From Entomortierella parvispora E1425 (taxonomy: Eukaryota > Fungi > Mortierellomycota), in contig BQFW01000012.1 of assembly GCA_020891255.1 (NCBI GenBank), forward strand, positions 806,001 through 870,000: a stretch of 64,000 nt of DNA. Direction: 5' to 3'. The notes below the pieces were generated by a model, which was not told where the DNA came from, did not search any database, and worked only from the letters and a program-made list of their open reading frames with translations. Position 1 is the first letter of the stretch. Each line of letters opens with the position of its first letter. Below, piece after piece: positions 24,300 through 36,762 of the stretch. The position numbers and the translations under genes were made by a program.

Positions 24300-27278
24300 A
24301 TGTCTCGGCGCACCTTCGATGAACTCTCTGCTTACCGATTTGAGAGAGCGCACAAGTTGGAGGCATGGTGTCCAGATTCCGATCTCCTAGCCATGGTGAC
24401 CGAGGCCAATTACCTAGACATCTACCGAGCAGATTGGTCCAAGCACCGCTCCATTAAGCTGGAAGGGAATGCCTCTACTCTCGTTTGGCGACCAGACGGT
24501 AACATATGAAGGCCCTCAAACTACCGACGCATATCAAAAGAAGACCCAGGCTTATTTCTCCCATGAAAATTACAGGCAAAGTCATTGCCGTGGGTCTTTC
24601 CTCGGGAAAGATCTCTCTATACCACTACAGGGACGGATCTTTGGTCCGAAAGATTGAGGCCGCTTCGACGGCACCACCCGAAACCAACCGAGCTGGCAAT
24701 GTCCATAGATCCCTTGTAACAATAGGTCCCATTGATTTCCTCCGATGGGAACCGTTGTTTCTTGGAGAGCCAATGGAACGCTTGTTCCCACAAGAGGTAA
24801 AATCTCATGCTTTTTGAAAAGAGTCGTTGCCTGGGCCATGTGCTCATACAGAAACACTTTATCCCTACATTTAGACATCGCAAAAGTCCATACTTCGAAA
24901 ACTACCGCCGCAGCGACCCATACCGCTCTCCATCACCGCACAAAAACGTGCGCAGGCCACCGCCTTTTTTCGAGCAAAAACGGACAACGAAGGAGATTAC
25001 GGCGTGGAAGTTGCAGAACCTGTAGAAGGAAGTCCAGATGGACTGGATGAATGCGCAACATATGCTATGAATGTCCTGATTGCCTCAGACAATCAAGCGC
25101 ATTTTTTTTTACAATTGTTTTCTGGATTACAGACAAAGGCGCTAGCGCTTTCCGAATTGATGAAAGAATACGGAAATGAGACTTATAAGGTAACGCGTGT
25201 CTAAGGGTGTTTCACTGGGGATGGCAACAGAGACTTCATTCTTATCAAACACTTGATTAATCATCATTAGGAATTCAAAATCCTGGATGCGGCTATTCAG
25301 CTGGACCTCGGAGAAATGACAATAATAGCCTCCGGGACTAAATTGGGCGATTCTGATAGCGAGCTCTTGCAAATTACCCTTGATTCAGACAAACTACATG
25401 CTCATGCCCAGGATATCAAATCTCTTGGTCAAAAGAGGCGGCCCGTACAGTTGCTTCTAAAGTACCTAAAGGATGCCATTGGCGTCCTGGATGCAGATTC
25501 AGAGACAGTATACCGAAATGTTGAAATTGCTCGAGACGAGATCAGTATGCGACTCCGGGAAAAAGAAGGTAGAAGGAGGATTTACATAGGCGTGATTTTA
25601 TTCTCGGAGCTGCCGCAAAACCGGGAAGCTAATCGAAGAGCCACCGGGCCTCATTGTCATAGAGCTGGAAGCCCCAGGGGATGCCCTCGTCATGCTCTTT
25701 GCTCGTCATATACCCAGCGAGGGCCTCAAGGAGTACCTGACTTCAGACTTGCGCCAGGATGGACTACAGAGATGGGCGACCTCCACGGAAGGCGCCTATC
25801 GCAACATGCTGAAAGTTATTGCAGACTGCTACTTGCCATGCTGCGAGCGTCTACACACTCACTTGAATGATCTCTATGGGCATGTCCAAACGTAAGTGTG
25901 CTACGCCTTTGAGTTCACATTGTCGTATGGATAGGAATTGTTCTTTCAGCCAAAGTAACCTGACTCATCATTGAAATAGAGGACGGGATGATCGCGATGC
26001 ATGTGGGGTGGACAAGTCACTTCTTGATGCTTGCGAATTGGATCTCAAGGAGATGTTTCGATTTGCCGAGCTTCTCAAGCAAGCTCTTGGCAAGGAGATT
26101 GAGTATTTTGGGGAGTTCAAGAGTTGGCTTGCCACAAGTAAGATAGCTTTCTAGGTTCCATATACAAAAGTGGTGTTTAGCTGTAGGGTCTAATATTCAT
26201 TCTGTTTGGCCCTTTAGTCATTGATGGACTAGTGCCATCGGATGCAGGTGGACCAAAGCCGAGAACAAAGACAACACTCCGGTCTGCCGCAAATCTGTCA
26301 AAGTATATTCGCTCGTTCTTCTCTACTAGTGGTCTCCGCCGATTCTTTGAAAACAACGACATGGATACGGAAGAGGGCGTCAACTTGGCCGATACGCGCC
26401 CACCCACCACTGCGTTGGTGCAGAGGACATTCTCGGAACGTGTGGCCGACTTGCAAATGAAGTTCTCTCGGATATTTGAAGGACCTGAGGTTTCAGTGGC
26501 CCACAGCATATGCATCAGTAATGTGATGGTTCTGGAGCCGGCCGTGCGTGTCAACTCCCTAGGAAGGGTACGCACCACCTACGTGGATGAACCAAACTTG
26601 AATATTTGCCCCGAGGCTACTGTCATCGACAGTTGGCTCTATACCATTTTTCACTTCGCACCACAGCAAAACAAAGGGATATCAGAGTGTAAGTTCTGCG
26701 TAGATGTCGTTGTACATGGTTAGGACTAAATAACTAACGTATTTTCTCTTCGTCTTTCATGTTCGGGCACCTATCCAGTAAGAGTCATTCGATCACGGCC
26801 GTTCAGTGAGCAACGAGGAGGGGCACAAGCGATATCGACTCTTGGAGATGACGCAGGCGTTTCGTCAAAGGTCGAGTCTTGGTCGCTCTCCCTCAATCTT
26901 CCTAGCTGGGTTCTCTTGGATATGTGCTTTCTGAACGATCAAGAACTGGCTATGTGTACGTTGGAAAGCCAAGATGTCGAGGTGTATCCTCCACGTCCCC
27001 CTGTAGTCATGTTTTTGCGATCGATTAGGTTTACGGAAGGATTCTCCCGTCTCCCTCTTCAAGGACGCCACGAGGTTGGATCAAGAGAGGAGCTGCCCCT
27101 GGTAGTCACTGGTTCAATACAACTTCAAGGCTTTGATTCAGTTGCTGCTGCCATGGGCTTTGACTCTAGCGTGGCAGCAGGTCGATACAGAGTGATAGCT
27201 AACTGGCGCAAAAAAGGGAGCTTGACTAGCGTTCATTTCCCAACAGGTCGCGTCAATATTTTTGATGTGATGCAATGA
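24300..27278 (+). CDS. APC4: Anaphase-promoting complex subunit 4, multi-exon
   Basis: ANAPC4 WD40-like start (AWCPDSDLLAMV...LVWRPDG) and several spliceable ORF segments through to stop 27278. The start codon (MSRRTF) is inferred. Confidence 0.8.
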
Positions 27279-27318
27279 CAACAATAATAAACCCAACGAG
27301 TCATTTTTTAAAAAAAAT

Positions 27319-28774
27319 TTATGGAGTTGCTTCACCGTCTTGTCCTATTGACTGGACACGGGACTCCCAAATGGCGTTTCCAGCCTGGATGGCTTTGTCG
27401 ACTTTTTCTATATCCTCGCAGTCCGTAAACTCTAACGTAGCAGTGTCGTTCAATTTGTACCCTGACTGTTCAACGCGCAGCAGATCAGTCATATGGCCAA
27501 CAGTTCCTAGCTCTGCTGCGATATCGGCAATCAAGGTTCGGATGTAGGTCCCAGAAGAACAATGAACACGAATATGAAAGAAGACTCCATAGACACTTTT
27601 GTCGTCACTATGAGAAGGTGGTGGGATCGGGATGTGATCGGGATCGCTTAAGCCTGGGTCGGAGATAATTTTAGGTCGATATCCACACTTTAGGCCAAAT
27701 GACGGCCCTATAGTGGAGATTAAGGTCGAGGGCAAAGATGACGAGGATGAAGATGACGGTGATGATGCCGGTATGACGATAGGCTGCTTCCATGACTTGA
27801 AACCATAGCGACTATAGAGCTGAGCGGAGTCCTGTGGATCCATGGTCTCTGTGGAAGAGTCGAACGAGAGCAGATCCAATCCGTAAATGTTCACCTTACG
27901 TGAGGGAATCTCGCGTGGCAAGGGAATGCCCTCTCGTGCATATTCGTACAATCGTTTGCCATCCATGCTCAGAGCAGAATACAGTGGCGGCACTTGCGAG
28001 ATCTCGCCTATGAACTTTTGAAGGGCCTTGGCCAGCTTTTCTTGCGTGATGTGTTCCGTAGGGCCTCGAGCCACCAAAGATCCCGTATTGTCTAATGTGG
28101 TCGAGCTTATCCCAAGGCGAGCCTCTGCAATATAAACCTAGGCAATGACAACACGTCAGTTGTCAACGTCCTTTTTTTTGTCATTCGGGAGTACCCACTG
28201 GATGTCATTTTCGTCTTACCTTGGACGATCCGCTCATGTTGTGCAGCTTCTTACAACCAGATCCCATACCCACAACTAAGAGACACCGGCAGATCAAAAT
28301 GTAAAGCAGAGAGGTAAGTACAGCACCCAAGGTGTCATGGGGGCGATCTCGACTCGCGTCCCAACTCTTTCCGTTTCTAAACTTCGTTCTCGACTCACCT
28401 ACAACCCCACGAGCCAACGGGTCCAAAGTTCCTCCGTGGCCGATTTTAACTAGGCCGCGTTTCGCTCTTTTTGAGTTATCCAAGGCCAAGGCGCCTTTTA
28501 CCAGTGGGTGAGTCTTGTTCCTTTGACAGACATATTGAATGAGATCCAGGATGGTGGTTGAAGATATCTCTGCAGGCTTATTGACAGCAAAGAGCCCAGT
28601 CAGCGGAAGGTAGCCTGGAGGGGCTGAAGGTTCAACAGGACCTAGAGGTGAGGCTGCAGGTGTATTGGAGTGGGCAGGGGAGGATGGTTTTGTGGAGTAC
28701 AGACACTGGTAAGGGCGCAAAGAGACTCGAGCTCGCGTGGCCACCTCCCACGGCAACCTGATCCTGATCGCCAT
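27319..28774 (-). CDS. PUS4: TruB-family tRNA pseudouridine(55) synthase, 3 exons, with a possible mitochondrial presequence
   Basis: FAVNKP, KIGHGGTLDPLARGV (catalytic Asp), QVPPLYSALSMDGKRLYEYAREG and CSSGTYIRTL. Confidence 0.9.
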
Positions 28775-28905
28775 GTGCACGAATGAATGAACGAATGAAC
28801 GAATGAACGAAGAGCAAGAGATCAACAAAAAAAGGAATGCAAGCAGCCGCTCCCTATTAGGTCACGTGCGTCTATCGCGTTTTATTTGACGTGAGGATGC
28901 ACCAT

Positions 28906-29913
28906 CTATCCGTTCAGAGGAGGGGGGTTGGGAACGGCAACGTTCTGGTAGCCGGTGGCGTTGGCAACAAAGCTGAAGACGTTGGCCAACTGTCCAACAT
29001 CGTTGCGACCGAGATTGCCAAGGCCCCAGTTGTTGGTCACAGTCGAGATCAACGAGTAGTGGGTATAGTAGGTATCGTCCGTGGTACCCTTCAACGACGA
29101 AACGGCATCGCCCAACAACAGGGTCAGGATATGGTTAGTCTCATCTGAGTAATCATCGGCCTCATCGAAGGTGACCACCACCAAAGTGTTCTTCAAGAAG
29201 TTGGGGTTGGACAACAAAGGGGTCAAGAAGCCGGTCAACCATTGACTAGCATAGGCAACCGTGGTATCATGACCATCATTCTTGATGTTGGGTGTGTAGA
29301 ACGAATAGTTTGGGAGGGAACCGTTGTTGAGGTCGGTCTGGAGCTGAGTGGCAGGGACCACATGCGAGATGCAGCGGGTCATGTTCTTGGAAATGAGATC
29401 AAAGCTCACGAATGGGTCATGCTTGCGGTAGTAAAGAGACTTGGACGAGGTGCCTGTGTAGCAAGCAGAAGGAATGTCCTCCATGTAGCCCTTCCAAGTC
29501 AATTGCTTTGCCTCAATCAAATCGACCACAGTTTTGTAAGTGCTATCAAACTCGGTGCTAGAGTCCGAAGAGACATCAAAGTAGTCACCAGCAATGGCGG
29601 CGATGTAGTTGGGTTGCGACGGATGGGTCAAACCGTGGTAGTTGTCGAGGAGAACTCCTTGAGAAAGGAGGGCCTGGAAGTTGGAGTCAGAGTAGGCCAA
29701 GGAGTAATCCTATCATGGTTGGCCAAAGAATATAGCTCTTATGTCAGTTTCGAAGCAAAGTCCACTTGCCAAAGCAAACAGCTCGAGGGGAGGTCTCCTT
29801 ACGGTGTTCTCGAGAAAGATCACAAAGACGTGGTCGTAGGCAGCACCCTTGGGAGGGGCCGCCAAGGCAGCACTGGCCAGGACAGCGAACGAGGCGAGAG
29901 TCTTGAGCAACAT
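28906..29913 (-). CDS. Secreted acid phosphatase of the phosphoesterase family; exons 29913-29803 and 29709-28906
   Basis: Signal peptide, HVFVIFLENT, THPSQPNYIA, YYRKHDPF, TPNIKNDGHDT, VTFDE and YTHYS motifs. Confidence 0.88.
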
Positions 29914-31745
29914 TTTTTCGTCTTGGGATGTAAGTGCGGATAGGAATTGGTCGACCGGCCTGAAGGGCAACGATTCAAGTTGATGTCTTTATATTTTGGA
30001 GATTCTGCCTTGGAATCAGGGAAAGGTCAGAGAGTAGCAGCTCGTGAAAAAGCGATTTTTGCGGTGGGGTGTTGTTCAACATTCAACATCGGCAACAATG
30101 ATGAAGTTTCCAGCTTGAGAGCAACTCTGCATCTTTCACCTTTTTAGACCAAAGCTAGGGTAAAATGGTATCCATTGTTTTGTTTCTCTCTCTTACCCAG
30201 GACCCTGCCCTTGACGCACATTGGGAGAAAAGAGACCAACCAACGGATCTCCATTAAATCACGGTCCCTTTGCTCTTCATCCAATCAAGAGCGCAACGAC
30301 TTTCGCACACGTCATGCCATTTGACGCCAAGAGCACTGTCTAAATCTTCAGGGGAATGATGACAAACTCAACGGATAGTTGGCGCTTTCCCGTTTTTGTT
30401 GCTCGGAGGCTGTTGGGGCGTCCAGTTTCAGGGTCCTCCAGTGGAAGACGCATCCAACTGCACGAAGTCTCCAGTGCATGTGGGCTCGGATAGCTCACTT
30501 TCTAACTTTTGATTGGAGGTCCTCTCTCAGTCTTTTGACGTTGCGCGTCTCTTTTGCAAATGAGGGCTCTCACTTTGTTCTCAACGGCCATGCAGGGGGA
30601 TTGAGAGCAGGGACAGACGATGGTCCAGGGACGTCGCGTCGTCTGTCCCATGCGGTCACACGAAGCAATTTAAACCTCGGCTGCAGGTTACTTCTTTGGG
30701 ATGCAATTTGCTGTCAGCGCATGCCAACGAGACGCAGACCACATCTTGATTGTTGTGCGTTCTCACGCATACAGGCATTCAGGTTTTATGCACAGTCAAC
30801 CGATGACTAACCGCCCTTGTTTGGCAGTTAACGTGTTGAGGATGGGATATGCTTTGCCAAAACTCTCCCCGGGTCCTTGGACAAAGTAGTTTACGCATGA
30901 GCAATAGTGTGGTTCCGAATACTTCAGGGGAAGTATAGAATAGACTACTCTACTACTCGTCCCGATCATCGGGAACCAACTCCAGATGCAGGACCGAACG
31001 ACATTCGGTTCGGATCAACATGTTGGGGTGAGAGCGTGTGGGTTGACCATAACGCCTACAGAACACACGTTGCTTCAACCTCTTTCTCATTTGCGACTCT
31101 TTCTCTCAAACTGATGTACAGGTAAACGCCAAAGGTTTTGTTTACTGAGAGGTTACCGATCTCATCCCCAGGGCAGAAGTTCTGAGTGCGAACAACGGCA
31201 CCGGGCACGGCGATGGTTTTGACGAGCTCTCCGAAAAAAAGCAAGAGCTCTGGCCCAATCATTCGTATGCGAGCATACAACGCGTCGGGCCATTGGATTT
31301 AATGTATCCCAAACAAGAGTTTATACACTGGTCTTTCCTCAGGGCCCTCGAGGCATCCAACAACAACAACGACAACAATAACAACAAAAAACCCCCCTCT
31401 TAAGTGGATGCTCTCAATGGTATGCCGAGGTCAATGTTGCTCCCTTTTGCAATGGGGAGAAAATGACGCTTGCGACTAGCAATAGAATATCAATCCTCTG
31501 TTTTTGAAATGGGGAGGGATGCTCTCGTATTTTTGCCGTCAGCAACACATCCACCCATCTTCACAATTGCCCGGCAGAACCCAAATATTACTTTCAGCGC
31601 TTCCCAGAGGATGAACCCTTGAGATAATTAGATGGGGCGCATTTCTATATAACGACGTTTGCTCCTATCGGTCCATTTTGACCAATTTTTTTTACTAATC
31701 CTTATCTAATTTCCCCTTCCTCCTTTTTCAAGGACGCAAAAGATT

Positions 31746-33998
31746 ATGAGGAGCGCTTTATTCCTTGTCCTGGCGACATTTCTGTCCGTTATCAGTACCA
31801 CGACACAGGCTGCCCGCATCGCTAATATCCAGAATCGAGATCAAGTGCCCGCAGGTCCCAATATTAATGCCGACATTGGAGCCAGCCAACCTTGGAATGA
31901 TCCCTCCGAATTCATTCTAGGAAAGAACAACTTCACAATTTCATCGACGCCTACAACTCGTTATTATGACTGGATCATATCCCGGCAGAACATTGCACCA
32001 GATGGATTGATGCGTCCCATGCTGTTGGTTAACGGCATGTTCCCGGGCCCATTGGTTGAGGCCAACACTGGGGATCGTATCGTTGTCAAGGTGACCAACC
32101 ATTTGACGGTCGGAACCGCCCTCCACTGGCACGGCATGTTCCAAAACGGTAAGAGAGATGGACGGTGCTGGCGTTACCAGCTCCAGCGAATGATAGTTTC
32201 CTTGACCACATATTTGACAAAAAAAAGAACGTTCTTGTGAATCCCTTAGGCACCAACTGGATGGATGGCACCACAGGAATCACACAATGTCCAATTCCAG
32301 CGGGAGGCTCTTTTACGTACAACTTTACAGTCCCCACACAGTGGGGAACGTATTGGTGGCACGCCCATGCTGGATCGCAGTACGTTGACGGAATTGTCGG
32401 TAAGGAACTTGGTCTCTACTTCTATTATTTGCGGGATGATGTCTTGTGTCAGCAAATATTAACTTAGGTCTCTCCTTCATCTCGCTTCACACATAGGACC
32501 GTTGATCATCCACAGCCCAAACGAACCTCATCTGGAAGAGTATGACGAGGATGTGATCGTCATGATGTCAGACTTTTACCACACCACCACAGCCCCTCTC
32601 CTATCTTACTACCTGAGCGAAGAGAGCGATGGTACCGAGCCAACGCCCGACAATGGCCTCATCAACGGCCGCAACTCTTTCAATTGCTCCAATGACGCTT
32701 TGGCCAACTTCCCCACTAATACCACCAATTGCGTCTCCAACTCGCCCCAGTCCGTCTTCAACTTTGATGCCGGAAAGAGATACCGACTTCGACTGATCAA
32801 CACTGGAGCGTTTGCAGAATTTCAATTCTCGATCGACCAACACAACTTGACAGTAATTGAGGCCGACGGAACAGATCTGCAACCGGCGCAAGTTCAAAGG
32901 ATCCCAATTCACATTGGCCAGCGTTACTCGGCCATTGTCACAGCTAACCAGGCGGTCGATAACTACTGGGTCCGTGCTGTCATGAACACATACTGTGTTG
33001 GTGACAATGCAGCATTGAACTTGACCACAACAGCCATGGTTCATTATAATGGGGCTGCCACAGTGGATCCTCAAGCCCCAGTGTCCGACTCCCAAGACTG
33101 GGGACAACCACAGTATATAGGTCGCTGCCTGGATCTTTCAGCGGACATGCTCAAGCCCTGGGTGGCGCAGGACGCGCCTCCAGCAGATGTGACCTATGTC
33201 TTGAACATGTCGTTCCAGAAGCTGACCAAGAAGCACGTCAGTTTGGGCTATGTCAACTCAACATCATGGGTCCCTCTGAAGAATGCCGCAACTTTGAATC
33301 AAGCCAAGAGAGGTGTCACCAACTTTGCGGCCTCTCAGTTTGTGATCTCGATGAACCAGACCCAAACCATTGAGCTCATCATCAACAGTAGGTGTTCATT
33401 GTTGACCTGTCGTAGTCATGGAAGAGAACAGAGAGCTAAATTATGTTCTATTTTTTAATTTTTTTAATTTGTAGACTATGATGAGGGCTCGCACCCGTTC
33501 CACTTGGTAAGTAGTTTTTCTTGCCCTTCAGGAGGTCATTGTCCTTGGCTGTCATGTACTGATACTCCTCTTCGTTTTTTTGTTGTATCTAGCATGGTCA
33601 CCAATTCTGGGTTGTTGGCGGTGGTCAGGGAAGTTACTTGCCCGGTAAATCGCCGCTCAACACCACGAACCCCGTTCGTCGTGATACGGCCACACTTCAA
33701 ACTTTTGGATACACCATTCTTCGGTTCGTGAACGACAACCCGGGCATGTGGGCCTTCCATTGTCATATCGACTGGCATATGCAGGCTGGTCTCCTCGTCC
33801 AGTTCTTGTCGCATCCGGAAATTGTCAAGGTAAGCAGTGAAGAGCATGAAGACATATAGATCCGTATGAAGCAAAGAGTGATGAGCTAGGCAATACAATA
33901 CGCAGTGAAACTGACATGATATTCAACCGACTCGTTCTTGAACAACCTAGACTTTCAAGATTCCAGAAGATGTCAAGGCCCTGTGCGGCGCCGCTTAA
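31746..33998 (+). CDS. Secreted multicopper oxidase (laccase/ferroxidase-like), about 6 exons
   Basis: Signal peptide and all four copper-binding motifs: LHWHGMFQ, TYWWHAH, HPFHL-HGH (split by an intron) and AFHCHIDWHMQAGL. Confidence 0.93.
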
Positions 33999-34315
33999 AT
34001 GGCATCATATACACCAACGATCATACGTCGCGCTGTGCGCTGATGTGGCATTGTTCTCGCAGAAAGAGCTCTGCAGGGCAGCCAGATCATACAAGAGAAT
34101 AAAATCCTTGGCTCCAGCAACCATCGCTCGCGCTCTGCCAAAAAAAAAAAAAAAAGTGACTGCCTTAAATTTCCAACAACAACTCGCATGCTTATGCTTC
34201 ACATGCAACTCTGCCCACCTCCATCAGTGAACAAACCAGGACATCCAGGACTAACCAGGAGCCAACCCTACAATCGCATCGTCGTTTCAGTATTGAATAT
34301 ATCCCTTCCTGTATA

Positions 34316-34967
34316 ATGCCTCCAAAGTCAGAGCCAGCGCCATTGTCGCAGACATTGCCATTAAACCACAAGAATGCCACCAATGTCCTCCTCGATGCCC
34401 TTGCAGAGCTTGACCGGATCCTCTCGCCATTGTTCGCCACACCCACAACGTTGAATGAGACTCTTGCAAAACTCGACATTGAGAAACGGAGTCAGCTCGA
34501 GGTCATGGTCGCCTATGCCATTAATACCTTGGCTTTTAGTAGGTGGACAGAGCTCTTTTGGTTGAAAATCGCACGGACAAAAGGATCTAACTCATGGATC
34601 AACTAACCTCAATATGTCCGTCTAATCATGGAATGATAGTCAACTTGAAGGCGAATGGTACGGCACCAGCAAGCCACCCTGTCATGAACGAATTGGTGAG
34701 TTCTGGAAATAAGCCCATTTTCTCTTGGGCCGACTCAATCAAGTTGACAAGAATGCTCGTCCACTCACACTGCAAGTGTTCACATAATCTTCTTTCTAGA
34801 AACGCATCAAAGGATACACACAAAAGCTCAAGCAGGCCATGGATGGAGAAAGTGCCAAGAAGGCCAACATGGAGGTCGACAAGGATGCTGCAGCCCGTTT
34901 CATCAAAGGCGCCTTGGCTTCCAATCTGATCGCAGATCGGAAAGAAGCCGAGGCTGCGGCTCAATAA
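34316..34967 (+). CDS. C1D / Rrp47-like exosome cofactor (Sas10/Utp3/C1D family), 3 exons
   Basis: LEVMVAYAINTLAF..LK..G...SHPVMNEL.RIKGY.QKLK and VDKDAAARFIKGAL. Confidence 0.8.
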
Positions 34968-35187
34968 TTATCACCTAATGGATCTTCGCATTTAGTTCCA
35001 CCCTCTTTTCCAGAAAGAAGATGGAAATGTATCATAACAAATAAATCAGCTCACTGCATGAAACACACCCCAAAAGAAAGTTGTTATTTGACGTTTCTTT
35101 TATGTTGAAAGTAATTATCATAAAGAGTCCGAGGGGTAGTGGTGGTCGTTGTCCCATTCTTTTCCCCTATGTATATGATGATGATGT

Positions 35188-36359
35188 CTAATACCACCAA
35201 AATCTCCAGTAGATGACGAGCAAAAAGACGAAAACAATAATGACAGGTGGTCCGTACTTGCGGTACAGGGCCTGCAGATTAACGTCCCTGGCCGTCTTTC
35301 GATAGCGAGCACTGTCTCTGAGCAACAGCTCTGACTTGCCCTGAAGGTTGTCTAACGTCTCACCTCTGATAGTGTAAGGAGAATGAGTAGTCAGCGTCAA
35401 GCTTGAGATGCTGCACGAGTAATTTGATTCATCAGACCATTTTTTTTTACCTGTAAAGAAGATCTTCCATGTTCTTGGTCATAATCTTGGTCACATCCTG
35501 GAGGTCCTCATGAAGCTTTGTCAAGTTGGACTGAGTTCTGGTATCCTGATACAACCGCTTGGTCTTTTGCATGAATGTATCTATTGTTTATAAGATCAAG
35601 TTCTTGAAAGATTAGAGATACAGGAAACTATCCAAACATTGATCAATAGCGCGCTATTGAGGCGATGTAGCTGCACTTTACCAAACTTGACAAAAGCATA
35701 GGGGCGGAGGCCTGTGCGGTCCATTTCATTTCCATAACTGATGAAGAACTCCTTGGCCAGATCGTCCAAGTATGTGAAAGCGAGTTTGCGAGGGTAATTA
35801 CGCTCACATATGCACAGATAGACAACTCCATGATCGATGATATAGCTATGGAGAGTAGCAAGAGATGATGGGGGATGAGTCCCATTACGTGTACAAGCAC
35901 ATTTTAGCTCGCCTTAATATTATTAGTATGTAGATCTTCCTTACTGGAAAACGTAGCTTCCAGACTCGATCGAGCACCTCCTCTCCGAGTTCATATTCAG
36001 CTTGCGAAAGATGAGTTTTGCCTGGGACTTGTATTCCTTGAGCTCCATCTCAACCTATCAACAGGACAAGCACAAGCATGAAGAGTAAAGTGTCAGCCGG
36101 TGTCGGCTCCCCCGGTAATAGAGCGATGACGTGACTCGTTATTGTTCGCGGCCCCGCACCTGTTCATCGTCCATGGAAGCAGCCAGGGGCAGTGCTGGAG
36201 GAGGAATCGGAAACCGGTAAGGTTAGAGGATGTAAATCGAAAGATTGGTTGATTAGCGAGAGGGCATCACTGCATTGGTTTCCCGCTTGCGTCTCCAAAC
36301 GATCAGCGCATTGATGATTTACCGTCCGAGACGCGTGCAATCATAGTGGTCTTGACCAT
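35188..36359 (-). CDS. SEC22: R-SNARE SEC22 (longin + SNARE + C-terminal TM), multi-exon
   Basis: MVKTTMIARVSDG start, YPRKLAFTYLDDL, DVTKIMTKNMEDL, GETLDNL and a C-terminal TM after LYRKYGP. Confidence 0.92.
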
Positions 36360-36762
36360 GATGGAGGTGGTAGATGGTGATGTAGCAGCAGCGGCGATTG
36401 AGTGATGATGTCGAGTCCCAGAGTCCGTCGCTTTGTTCTGTTCCGGTTTGGTTTGTCCCGTCTGTTCAGCCAAAGAAGAAGAAGAAGAAGAAGAGGAATG
36501 GAGACAAGAGCGAAAAAAGAGAGATGCTTGGATGCACCCATTCATCCACGCAGCGGCCTCTTATTGGCCGCGGCTGCTCCCACGCACAATAGCCTGTAGC
36601 CCAATTGAGAGAGACCAGACAGAGGTCCGTTGGACAAAAGCACGGTGTCTGGTCTGCACCCGTTTTTTCTTTTTTCCCTTCTCATCATCATCTTCACCTC
36701 ATCCCCCGTTCCTTTCATTCGCCCCCTTTCTCCTCTTCCTTCCCCCTTCTCTTCTAATAACT

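Noticed and set aside
30379-31300. Degenerate F-box/LRR-like pseudogene in the intergenic spacer
   Set aside because: The frames are stop-riddled and no motif is convincing without a database search.
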